Source of the DNA: Tubulanus polymorphus
Lineage: Eukaryota > Animalia > Nemertea
DNA: 64,000 nucleotides
Direction: 5' to 3'
Assembly: GCF_964204645.1 (NCBI RefSeq)
Contig: NC_134027.1
Coordinates: 12,246,485-12,310,484, forward strand
In this document: positions 1 to 11,328 of the stretch, piece by piece
How positions within the stretch are numbered: the stretch's first letter is position 1
How the letters are laid out: each line of letters opens with the position of its first letter
Position numbers and translations under genes: made by a program
Notes under the pieces: generated by a model
What the model was told of the DNA's origin: nothing
What the model saw: only the letters and a program-made list of their open reading frames with translations
The model's database searches: none

Positions 1-630
1 CTCATAACGTGTTCTATGATTGTGGTGAGTTTCAAGGTCATTGGATTTTGTATATGGCCACCAGGGGGCGTTGAATGATACAATATCTTAGCATTTCTTT
101 ATTATATTCGTACCTATGCATATTTTGTAACCACAATCAATTGGAAAGTTGTAGCTCATGACATCATCTATGATTTTTGCGAGTTTTAAGGACATTAGTT
201 ATTCTATATGGTCACCAGGGGGCGTTGAATAGTAGAATAACTTAGTATTTCCTTATTATATTGGTACCTAGGCATATTTTGTTACCATGATCAATTGCAA
301 AGTTGTAGTTCATGACATGTTCTATGATTGTGGTGAGTTTCGAGGTCATTGGGTTTTGAATATGGTCACCAGGGGTCGTTGAATAGTAGAATAACTTAGT
401 ATTTCAATATTAAATTGGTAACGAGGCATATTTTGTTATCACAATCAATTACAAAATCGTAGCTGCTGACATGTTCTATGATTGTGGTCAGTGACATGTT
501 CTATGATTGTGGTCAGTTTCAAGGTCATTGGTTTTTGTCACCAGGGAGCGTTGAATTTTGAAATTGTTAGATTGTTGAGCATTTGAAACCACTTCCCACG
601 TGGGCATGGTGTCCCTGGACCCCTAGTATT
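1..630 (+). repeat. 3' part of a Helentron/HINE-like non-autonomous element with a 154-bp tandem array
   Basis: The unit (C/T)TCATGACATGTTCTATGATTGTGGTGAGTTT... recurs at 1, 155, 309 and 463. It ends in a short hairpin GTCC-CT-GGAC followed by CTAGT (about 612-626). Related units lie at 57900-58055 and 58985-59115. Confidence 0.6.
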
Positions 631-703
631 GGGTTTAGGGTTAGGGTTTCGGTAGGGTAAGTGCACAGGGGCTCGTATTTAAGTTTGGGGGTGAACTGTA
701 TCT

Positions 704-762
704 TAGATCATCCAGTATCCCTGGTATGTATATGTATAGTATAAGGGATACTGGATGATCTA
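704..762. repeat. Perfect 19-bp inverted repeat with 21-nt spacer (mini-MITE or hairpin)
   Basis: TAGATCATCCAGTATCCCT (704-722) is the exact reverse complement of AGGGATACTGGATGATCTA (744-762). Confidence 0.8.
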
Positions 763-1218
763 CTGTCTGTCACACCTGCTCTCCGTGCGACGTTTTGGTC
801 CGTAATTTCGTTAATAATCGGTTTATCTCTGAATATTATGCATCAATTTGTTCAGTAAGGAATTTGCATTCAGAAATAAATCGGAGAGCGTTGTTTTCTA
901 TCTGCCACAGCATATCGCCTCCACAGCGCATGTGCAGCGGAAGTAAACAAACACACGTGTCTGCTCTGGTGGATAGAAAATACCGACTTGATGTCGATTT
1001 CTATCCGTCAGAGCAGAATCCTTCAACTGCTCTGGTGGATAGAAAATACCAACAAGATGTCGATTTCTATCAGTCAGAGCAGAATCCTTCAACTGCTGTG
1101 GTGGATAGAAAATACCCACAATCACGATAGGTAAAACACAATATCCGTGTTGACGCGATGAGGAGAGAATCCCACAATGATAATAAAAAGTCCGAAAATG
1201 AAACTTCGAGATAGTAGT

Positions 1219-1264
1219 TTATTCAACGTTTCGACTATATCCTAATAGTCATCTTCAGGAATAA
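1219..1264 (-). ncRNA. Second copy of the hammerhead motif in the inverted pLTR
   Basis: Exact reverse complement of 3295-3340. Confidence 0.8.
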
Positions 1265-1529
1265 TGAGATACTACAGAAATTATGAGATATATATACAAT
1301 CCAGGGACAAAGAGACTAATTCAAGTAATCAGAGATGATACAAACTAAAGGAAAATTAACGTAGAAACAGTTACACGCTAAAATAGATTAAAGGGAAGCA
1401 AACTAAGGGGTGATTATAAACAACAATAGTGAGTATAAATATAAATGAAACTTAAAGTCAGTAGTAAAAAGAAAGACAAACTAGGGGGCACTTAAATTAA
1501 AACAAAGGTGAATACAAGTTAAGTCAGAG

Positions 1530-1722
1530 ACGTTCAAGTAAGTGTTGATTATGGCGAAGGTGCGACGGAGAGAACGAACCGAGCACCGGAGATAACTGTT
1601 TCGCGAGAAATTTAGATAACCGGTATGTAGGAGAATTACAATTGGAGACTATAGGGCGCAGTGGAACATTATCTTTATGAATTTTAGGCAATCCATAGAT
1701 ATATGGTAAAGAGGGAAGACGT
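1530..1722 (-). pseudogene. Inverted upstream RT segment of the same Penelope element
   Basis: Minus strand reads YGLPKIHKDNVPLRPIVS...HLLER, the RT region that normally precedes the plus-strand RIKNIIPGNDKFISFDV. Confidence 0.85.
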
Positions 1723-2985
1723 ATTAAGAATATTATCCCTGGCAACGACAAATTTATATCATTTGATGTTACTTCCCTTTTTACCAATGTTCCTCTTGGA
1801 CCTACTCTTGATTTCTTAAAACGCAGATTACCATCACTTAACATTAACTTCGGCATTCCTACGGATTGTATCATCGACCTTATCTCTATTTGTACGACGG
1901 ACTCCTTTTTTGAATTCAACAATTGTTTTTACGAGCAGACATTCGGTATCGCTATGGGAAATCCTCTAAGTCCTATTCTAGCTAATTTATTCCTAGAACA
2001 TGTTGAATCTGAAATATTGCCTCTTTACACTGATATTCACCCTAAAATCTGGCTCAGATATGTTGACGATGTTCTGGCTTTGGTTCCCTTTGACTTCAAT
2101 GTTGATAACTTTCTTATATATTTAAACTCCCTTTACCCGTCTCTGGCTTTTACGTATGAATGGGAATCTAATAGTAAAATACCTTTTCTGGATGTTTTGA
2201 TTTTTAACTGTGGATCCTTTTTGAAATTCGCGGTTTATAGGAAACCTACCAACGCTGAATCCTACCTCCATTACTTCTCTTTTACTTCTCCGGATATTAA
2301 ACTCGGTTTAGCTCAAGGATTATTTCTTCGCGCTTTGAGAATTTGCGACCCCTCATTTCTACCCGATGAAATTCACCATATTAACCAATCTCTCAAAAAA
2401 CTTGCCTACCCCGATTTCCTATTGAAAAAAGCTCTACTTAAAGCTCGTACTACGCATTTTAGAAATAACAACCTTAGAACTCCTACGTTGGCTACCGATA
2501 AACAGCCTATCATTGTACCGTATGTACCTTTCCTCGAGAATTCTAAAGTTTCTCTTCGGTCACTAAATAAACAACTCATCTTTAAATACAATAATAAACT
2601 TAGTAACATATTGATTAACAACAAACCGAAAACCGAATCCCTAAACTGTGGAATTTATAAAATACCTTGTAAAGTTTGCGACAAAGTATATATAGGAGAA
2701 ACAGGTCGGAATCTTAATCAACGCATAAAAGAGCATAAATTAGATGTAAAAAACTTTAAACCTGAAAGCGGAGTTGCTAGTCATGTTTTTCAGACTTCAC
2801 ACAATTTTGATTTTGCTAATGCTGAATTAGTTTACCCTTGCAGCGATAAAACTAGAAGACATATTTTGGAATCTGCATTAATTATTGAAAATTCGAACAA
2901 CGTTGTAAACCTTAACAATGGTTTTTCACCCCATAATAAACTTATATCAAAATTCCTCTGTAAACTGGTTAAACTCAACACTTGA
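1720..2985 (+). CDS. Penelope RT + GIY-YIG endonuclease (5'-truncated; frame open from 1720, first ATG 1954)
   Basis: Motifs SFDVTSLFTNVP, GIAMGNPLSP, WLRYVDD, IPFLDV, VYRKPT; GIYKIPCKVCDKVYIGETGRNLNQRIKEH, with ESALI near the C-terminus. Confidence 0.93.
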   Translation, partial: RIKNIIPGNDKFISFDVTSLFTNVPLGPTLDFLKRRLPSLNINFGIPTDCIIDLISICTTDSFFEFNNCFYEQTFGIAMGNPLSPILANLFLEHVESEILPLYTDIHPKIWLRYVDDVLALVPFDFNVDNFLIYLNSLYPSLAFTYEWESNSKIPFLDVLIFNCGSFLKFAVYRKPTNAESYLHYFSFTSPDIKLGLAQGLFLRALRICDPSFLPDEIHHINQSLKKLAYPDFLLKKALLKARTTHFRNNNLRTPTLATDKQPIIVPYVPFLENSKVSLRSLNKQLIFKYNNKLSNILINNKPKTESLNCGIYKIPCKVCDKVYIGETGRNLNQRIKEHKLDVKNFKPESGVASHVFQTSHNFDFANAELVYPCSDKTRRHILESALIIENSNNVVNLNNGFSPHNKLISKFLCKLVKLNT

Positions 2986-3294
2986 TTTCCCCTTTAATTA
3001 TTTGTTATTTGTTCTCTCATCAATTTCGTCTCTGACTTAACTTGTATTCACCTTTGTTTTAATTTAAGTGCCCCCTAGTTTGTCTTTCTTTTTACTACTG
3101 ACTTTAAGTTTCATTTATATTTATACTCACTATTGTTGTTTATAATCACCCCTTAGTTTGCTTCCCTTTAATCTATTTTAGCGTGTAACTGTTTCTACGT
3201 TAATTTTCCTTTAGTTTGTATCATCTCTGATTACTTGAATTAGTCTCTTTGTCCCTGGATTGTATATATATCTCATAATTTCTGTAGTATCTCA

Positions 3295-3340
3295 TTATTC
3301 CTGAAGATGACTATTAGGATATAGTCGAAACGTTGAATAA
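3295..3340 (+). ncRNA. Minimal type I hammerhead ribozyme motif in the Penelope pLTR
   Basis: TTATTC-CTGAAGA-T-GACTAT(TAGGAT)ATAGTC-GAAA-C-GTT-GAATAA: 6-bp stem I, CUGANGA and GAAA cores, 6-bp stem II, GUU cleavage triplet. Confidence 0.8.
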
Positions 3341-4281
3341 ACTACTATCTCGAAGTTTCATTTTCGGACTTTTTATTATCATTGTGGGATTCTCTCCTCA
3401 AAATACCCACAAGATGTTGATTTCTATCCGTCAGAGCAGAATACTTCAACTGGTGGATAGAAAATACCGACTCAATGTCGATTTCTATCCATCAGAGCGG
3501 AATACTTCAACTGCTGTGGTGCATAGAAAATACCCACAAGATGTCGAGCACAAATCATGTTCACTCATACTGCGCAACACATATCGAACACTGATAATCC
3601 CCGCTGGCTGGGGATTTAATCCCAACGCAAAAGAAATGGCACCATCTTCCATAGACATCTCACTTTACCCAAGGAGCATGTTTTGCTTGTTTTTTGCAGC
3701 CAACCATGTCACATACTGTGCGCTGCGCGTGTGGAAGCTTCTTAGCCGCTATCAGTTTAGCCCTGACGTACGCTCTCATGAGAATGGCATCATTTTAGAA
3801 TAGGCATGTTGGCTGGACCCCATTAGTAAGAGCTAGAGCATTCTATAAGATAAAACATGATACAATATAATGAGAGCCAGAAACATTTTCATAAAATCAT
3901 CATTCATAAACTTATTGTCCATAAAAATGTTATTTCAACTAAGGGTTTTAGGCACCGTTATGTTGACATAATAAGGGCTAAGGACGCAAGCATTTCCTAT
4001 CTTAAGCTTTTAAGTCTTTTATGCAACTTACCAACAACACAAATGGGCCACAACTGCTCCCATCCGATTGCCTCGCAGACTTTAAAGAACCAGTTTTCCA
4101 ATCACCAGGTAGTTCTCCAATTGTATCCGTTCGACATTTCATGAATTTTCTAAGAGGATGAAATTAAGGGAAGACATGGTATAAATGAATTTTGTGCTCA
4201 TCATTTCGTGTAAGCAAACTAAATGTATTACAGAATGTTTGATTCGACTCATCAGAATGAGGACATTTGAACATACCGGTA

Positions 4282-4776
4282 CTACATGCATAGTAATTTT
4301 ATTCTAAGGAAATACTTCCATTTGTTGATTAATGTTAAATTCTGTCGTGATGTCATTGAGTCAAGCACCGACACAGTCATATTTCGCACATCAGCAGCCA
4401 GCAAAACCCAATGGTTTCCTCGGATGTTAACTGGCATGAATGTCCATTGATACAATGACATCTTAATCTGCAACATAAAAAAATACATATTCAAAGTTAG
4501 TTATAACTCTGTGCTAATAATTTAACACCAAGATTTTTCAGAGAAATACAATTTATATGATACTTTTAAAGAATCATATTTCTCATCAGTCCATTCCATA
4601 TATATACCTACGCACACACAGTCTTCATTCAATTGTCTGGGCATTACCTTTTTGAAAAGCCAAAGCTTGAAATCATTTCTCTGCCAGAGAACCCCCAAGT
4701 AGGATGAAAGGACGAAGATGTGGTTTCCATCCTTCATATTTTGCTCTTCCATTAACTGTCTTAAATAGGAGTTCAT
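4282..4776 (-). pseudogene. Ulp1/SENP-family (C48) peptidase exons
   Basis: MNSYLRQL...HIFVLSSYL and FMPVNIRGNHWVLLAADVRNMTVSVLDSM, with the catalytic His (HW) and Asp (DS) in typical context. Confidence 0.75.
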
Positions 4777-5439
4777 TGCCTACAGATAAATGTTTAGATG
4801 ACAAAATGATAGGCCTACATCATAAAGTAGTTTTATAGACACAACTCTAGAACAACCAACAACCCTACCTTGTCGTTTAGCCAAGTGTTGCCTTCTAAGA
4901 AAGGAACTCGGTGTATATATATGTGGTGAAGTCTTACAAGTCTTACACACAAGGCTATGGCCATAATGACACATACCAATTTTACTTAACAATATCGAGG
5001 ATAGCCTTCGTTTTTGTGTGAATGACAACACTCTTGGGGCTAACTTCGAAATGTTGCGCACCAACTTTACTTGAGCATCTTCATCTCAAGTCGTCAATAA
5101 GTGAAAATGCCAAACGCTCCATCAAGTCAACAGTGCAGGCAGCCGTGTTAATAGCAGATTGAACTACCTGCTCCCATTGGCTTGATTCCTTCATTTCACT
5201 GACCAATCCTTTAAAAAAGATTTGCTGCTTATTAACACAACATCTCATAATAAGTAATAAAGTACATTTCTTTTTTTTTATACAAAATATATTTACCTTT
5301 AACTAACTTCAGCACTTTAGCACATTTCCAGGAGCTGTCAAACTCTTCTGTAAAAGTAAGTTTGTAGTCCTAATCCATTCCATACATAGCAGTTGGTCAG
5401 GGATATGACAAAAACTTTTTAAAGAATTATGTCCTATAC

Positions 5440-5550
5440 CTAATTGATCGTTGCATTCTTCATTGGACGAGAGCTTACACCATGAGCACAGCCACTTTTC
5501 AGGTATATTAGTCAGTCCTATGTAGCTCAAATGACATATCACTGAACAAA
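5440..5550 (-). pseudogene. PHD-finger-like fragment
   Basis: CHLSYIGLTNIPEKWLCSWC resembles the PHD C-terminal H-x2-C...W-x-C-x2-C pattern. Confidence 0.5.
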
Positions 5551-6961
5551 TCTTACAAGTAACGTAATTGCTAAAATTAATATAAAATATGGTGACATAT
5601 AAATATAGATCTCATATTTAAACGTGACAATTCTTAGTAAGGCTTGATATAAAATAACTTACCAGATTTTAAAGGAACATCATCATTGAAAATTATAGTC
5701 TGAATATTTCGAAAGATATTACATCGGGTTAAAAAGGATCATAAAAAATAATTTTCAACATTCTCACCTGTCTTTAGGATGTTTCTGACAATGCTGACAA
5801 ACTTCAACGACTTCATCTGCAGTTCCATTTTTTACATCATTAACAGCAGCCGGATATCCGATATCTGATTCGTTCTCAATGAAAATAAAAATTCAGAGCA
5901 TTGATTCATAAAATGTAATTCATCCAAGGAATTGATTTCAATCACATGCCAGTTTGAAATACTTACGAATTCTTGGTTGATTAGCGTTGGTATTTGATCT
6001 TTAGTAGAAATGAAATCCGACTCTATACCAGAAGGAACTTCATTCTTGTCACTTCCAGACACTTCATTTAATGGCAGATCAACCTTGAAAAACTTCCTCA
6101 TCTTCTCAGCAGATGTTCCTACTCGATCGGCAAAAGGATGCTTTCTTTTTCGAGCAACCGGACGACTGGCAGATTTTTCGGTTCATTCAGCTGGAATTTT
6201 TGTTTCTTCACGGATTTATCATCGCCAATTGAATTAACAATAAGCCCATTTTCACGCGAAGCACATGCTTGGAATTTATCAAGTAAACTGCACAGGCCTG
6301 ATTCCAATTCGAGTAAGTCTTCATTGTCGCCGACTAAATATGTCAATGATGTTATCTGCTTTAACATATCTCGGCAATGTGAAGCAACAGCATGGAATGA
6401 ACGTTTTCTAACAGGTAACTCATTCAATTCAGGCTCTTCACTCACAGTCACATCATCACATAATTCAGGAAATATTTCTCCATTTGGGGCTTCATGAGTT
6501 AGAGTCTCTGTTGCAACATGTTTTTGAACATCTAAGGTGAGAAATGGGCTTCTCCAATATGCATCAGGTAGATCATCAAAGCCCTTACCAGATATGGAAA
6601 GGGCTAAAGAAATGACGATGTGCCTCACCGTAGTCCATTTCAAAAGAAAATTTCTGGAAATGAAATGGTAAAAAAAATGTAATGAATTAATTCAAATTCT
6701 AATACGTTTTTTAATATCTGAAAGAATACCACCACAGTAATTTAGTACAAACAAAACTACCATTAACAAAAGAAACAATATTTCATAGTTAAGAGACAAC
6801 ATTTTTCTATAATTTATATATGTGGAGATTAGCAGAACACAGAAGAATCAAACCAACCAAGTGATTGATGTTTTAGCAGGTACAAAGCTAAAGTAAGGAT
6901 ATGAAAAATAAACCACAGCTATTTAGATAATCAGGGAAGCAGGAGCATACCATTACATTCC

Positions 6962-9900
6962 TGTGACGTCCAACTGATTAAACACTGACAACAGAGTTAG
7001 ACAATACTACAAAGTCTCTTTATTCAGCCACGTAACTACATCCGGCCTACACTAGGTTACATAAACAACCTAACACTAATACACTGATGTAAGACACTAC
7101 AATCCCTCCTTTTACCAGATTTTGAATGAACTTACAAAACTAAAAATCTATAATACGAATAATTTGTATTTCCCGTTAACCACAAGTATCTAAATTAAAC
7201 ATTATTAAGTCCAAACACCGTCCTAGTGACTAAACTACTCTCGTAACCCAACTATCGTTAAACTTATAACTTGACTTAGGGTCCTACTAATTGGAACTTC
7301 ATATAAGCAAATATCAAACTCAGACATCATCCAAAATTCCGTTAACTAATTAAGATACAGCTGCTACGAATTAATTCATCACTACACGTAATCTTTATAT
7401 CTAGCCGGTACGCATACGTTTCGACCTGATCTCGTTTGTACCGGTTGATCGTCAGCCTGCAACTCCGAATCGAGCAAGCCAGAATCGGTGACTATACCGT
7501 CGGGCCTGGACTCGATGTCAGAATCGGAATTAGATTTCTCGTCAGCATCATCCGCCTCTACAAATTTCTTTAGGTGAGCGGGATTTCTGACGTACTGGTT
7601 TCCGCTCTCAGATTGAACCGTTACGCCTTTATCGTCCCTGCTAACTACTACTAAGGGCTTATCCGCGTAACGCGTACACAGTTTATTCTCTTTCCTCTGT
7701 TCGATCAGTACGCGATCACCAGATTTCAGATCGCTTGGTTTAGCTCGACGACGCGTATCTGCGTAATCTTTGCCTTTTTGTTTCTCCTCCCTATCGCGAT
7801 CTCTGACGGCCAGATCTGAGACATATTCTCGATCGCCGAACTCAGGCAATTTTGTACGCATTTCCCACCCAAACATAATCTTGGATGGCGATACACCGGT
7901 CGTTTCTCGCGGAGTGGAGTGGTAAGCTAATAAGAACTTATGCAGTTCTCCCTGCCAGTCCTTACCCTCCGCTTGCGCAATCCGCATGCTCTTTAGTAAT
8001 GTCCTATTTTGCCGTTCTATCTCCCCATTAGCCTGTGGCCAGATGGGGGGCTTAACCTGTGCTCGATATTATTCTCGGCCAGGTAATGTTCGAATTCTTC
8101 CGAGATGGATTGCCTCCCGTTGTCAGTTTTCAGCGACCTTGGTAACCCAAACGCTGCGAATATCTTATCTAAACAACGTATTATCTCGCGGGACCTTACA
8201 TCCCTGATTATCTCGACTCCCAAGAATCGCCTATAATAATCGATAATTGCCAATACGTATTCCCCTCCCGGCATCGGGCCAAGGAGGTCTGCGGCGGTAT
8301 CCTGCCATGGCCCAGCCGGCAGCTCGTACCTATTCAACGGTTCCGGTCTAGACGGCAGACTAACAAGTTGGCAACCCCGGCATGGGTTCACAACTCTCTC
8401 TGCATCACGATCTATGCCCGGCCTCCATACTTTCGCTCTCAACCGACGCTTCGTTTTCACGATCCCTTGATGGCACTCATGCGCGAGGTTCACGACGCGT
8501 TTCCGTAGTGATTCGGGGATAACGATACGGCAGCCCCGTAAGATCAGGTTATCGACAGCGCAAAGTTTAGTCTGAACGTTCTTATACCCCGGCAGACAGT
8601 CGTGCCACTTATCCGTCTCGATGCACTCTCTGACGATTCGTAGCTTCTCGTCAGACTCGGATGCTCTGCCGATCTCTGAAACCGTCAGCGCGACTGGCGT
8701 AGCGTGAGCTACGATAAACCGCACATACTCCTCACCCATATTGTCATCGTTTCCGTCTGACGGATTAATCAGCCGCGAAAGCGCGTCTGCGGCCATTTCT
8801 TTACCGGGAATATGCTTGACGGTGAAGTCATAGGGTTGCAAACGTAATACCCACCTCTCAATCCGCGCGCATGGTTTAGACCTTGGCGAATAAATGAAAG
8901 TCCTTGTCCTGCGTTTGCACTAACATTGCCCCCAGACCGACTGGGCTGGCGTCGACTATAATTTCAGTCCGGGCACCCTTTTCGAAATACGCTAGTGTAT
9001 CTGCTTTACCGAGCTCTAGTTTCAGCTTATCAAACGCACGGTCGTGTTCTTTACCCCAGTGGAACGATACGCCGTTTGGGTGAGCTGTCTCAACGGATCC
9101 GCGATTGTCGACAAATTATTAATGAATCGACTACTCAAATTCACCAAGCCCAGGAAGCTCCGGACTTCAGATGCGGAATTCGGCTTCCTTGCCTCGAGAA
9201 CAGCTTTCATGCGATCTTTTGTCGGAGATATACCATTGGCTCCGAGAATATGACCAACATACTCTATCTCGGGTAAACGTATGTGGCATTTCGGCAGATT
9301 CACAGTGAGTCCGTTTTTTGCTAAAGTTTCCAGCACTTTGATAAGACGAGCATCGTGCTCATCGTCCCCTTTCCCGTGAATAATCAAGTCATCTGAAATG
9401 TTCGCGACGCCCGGACAATCAGCAAGAACCTGCTTAACGACATGTTGGAAGAGTTCCGGGGCTGAACTTATACCGAACATAAGTCTTTTATAACGGAAAA
9501 GACCAAGATGACACGAAAACGTTGTTATACTGCGCGATTCCTCTTCAAGTTCTAACTGGTGAAATCCACTCTTCAGATCTATCTTATTAAAGACAGTACT
9601 GCCATTCATGCTCTGAATTACCTCGTCAACCGTCGGAATCGGGTGACGCTCATGTATGACGGCTGTGTTTGCTTGCTGCATATCTACACAGACGCGAATA
9701 TCCCCCGACGGTTTTGGCGCAATTACAAGTGGAGAGACCCAGGGCGTCGGTCCTTCCACCTTTTCGATTATGTCTTCCTCAAGGAGCTGATTAATCTTCG
9801 TTTCTAATGTGTCACGCAAGGCGAATGGAATTCTCCGAGAATTCTGCGCTACCGGTTTGATATTCTCATCCACATGGATTTTAGCTTGGTAGCCCTTTAG

Positions 9901-11328
9901 TTTACTGACCCCCGAACAAATTTCAGGATATCGTTTCTCAATATCGCTTATCGTTATGCGTTTGTCGCTAATTGTATTAATGCCCAATCTGACCTTGAGA
10001 ACGCCCAGTTTCTCAGCAGTAGATTTTCCAATCAGCGATCTACCTTTACTGCTAATAACGAGGAACTCCCCCTCCACAGAACGGTCGCCAACTCCGAGGG
10101 TTGTGACGAATTTACCGACTGTAGATAACGGTTCTACTGAGCCGTATGGGTAGAGTTTTTTCGATACCCGCACCGCAGTGCAGCTGATTGTCTGCTTTTT
10201 CAAATAATTCCACGTATCGGAGTCAATCACATTCACGGTTGAACCCGAGTCAACCAACGCTCGTATAAGTATACCGCCTACTTTTAAATCGATGACGCCA
10301 TCGCGCATCTCGTGACGCAACGAAAACAAGCTCTCTCCGACTGTGAATGGATATTCGGCCTCGTCATCGGAATCTCCCGCCACTGCGTTTGTTTTGTTTC
10401 TGTGTCTCGGCTCCCGGCCACCAGTGAACTTACTCTTACAGCATTTTGCAAAGTGACCCACTTTTCCACATTTCTTGCAGGAAGCTGACTGAACAGGACA
10501 TGATTTATCTTTTGAAATATGTCCCTGTTTCCCGCAACGGTAACACGGAATATCTGACTTCGCGCCAGAACGATAATTTCTACAGTAAACATTCGGCTTC
10601 GGTTTCCTCCTATCTACCTGATTAACCTCACTTCTCGGTTTAACTTCCTCCATCAGCCTAGACTGTATATCGACGGCTTCCATAGCTCTTGCTAGACTCA
10701 AAACAGTATTCAAATCGAGGGCTTCGCCTTTCTGAAGAAGTTTCCTTCGTAGCTGCGAGGACCTACATGATTCAACGACATGTTCGCAAATCTGTTCCTC
10801 CTCGTCGGCAAACTCACATTTTTTCGCCTGATTGCGTAATCTGGCAACAAACTGGTCTACCGTTTCCGAACCCTCCTGTTTCACGGAACGAAAAATGTCT
10901 TTCGAAAGTTTTATTTAATTTCGGGACGAAATAATTATCTAACTTACGAACCGCCTTTTTGAACTCATCATTTTGCTCGCCTGGGACTTCAGGAACGAAA
11001 CCTACTTCTGGTAGTGTTTCAAACATTTCCTGTACATCCATTCCGGCTGAGTGGAGTAACAGGGCTCTCTTCTGGCCCGCGTCCCGTATACCCTTTCCTT
11101 CGACGTAATAAAGAAACCCTTTCATCCACCGTTTCCATCTGGGTCCCACGCTCGAAGCATCCCCAGCACAGTCAAACTTTACCATCGGAGCGACATCCAT
11201 TTTGCAAATATACGTTTCTAATATGTCAAGGAAAGTCTATACCAACTTTAGTTTATCCTCGTCGCCATTTGTGACGTCCAACTGATTAAACACGGACAAC
11301 AGGAGTTAGACAATACTACAAAGTCTCT
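6962..11328 (-). mobile_element. Ty3/Gypsy (Mag-like) LTR retrotransposon, decayed
   Basis: 3' LTR 6962-7101 (TG...CA) preceded by the PPT AAAAGGAGGGAT (7102-7113). Truncated 5' LTR 11270-11328. PBS TGGCGACGAGGAT (11255-11267), complementary to a tRNA-Ser(GCU)-type 3' end. Confidence 0.93.
7382..11200 (-). pseudogene. Gypsy gag-pol (two CCHC knuckles, protease, RT, partial RNase H, integrase), frameshifted
   Basis: CYRCGKQGH..C, CKKCGKVGHFAKC, LVDSGS, KIDLKSGFHQ, FGISSAP, ISDD, HECHQG..C..C, IIDYY, LKTDNG; split across ORFs 10814-11200, 9022-10884, 8017-8841 and 7382-7987. Confidence 0.92.

Larger units (their letters stand above)
1122..3399 (+). mobile_element. Penelope-like retroelement, 5'-truncated, with inverted pLTR
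   Basis: RT plus GIY-YIG ORF. 1159-1531 is the reverse complement of about 3027-3400. Putative 13-bp TSD AAAATACCCACAA at 1109-1121 and 3400-3412. Confidence 0.92.
961..3546. repeat. 66-bp minisatellite split by the Penelope insertion (961-1121 and 3400-3546)
   Basis: CTGCT(C/G)TGGTGGATAGAAAATACC...GATGTCGATTTCTATC...AGAGCAGAATCCTTCAA starts at 961, 1027 and 1093 and resumes after 3400. Confidence 0.85.

Noticed and set aside
961-3546. 66-bp repeats as a CRISPR array
   Set aside because: The whole unit is repeated with no unique spacers, there are no cas genes, and the context is eukaryotic.
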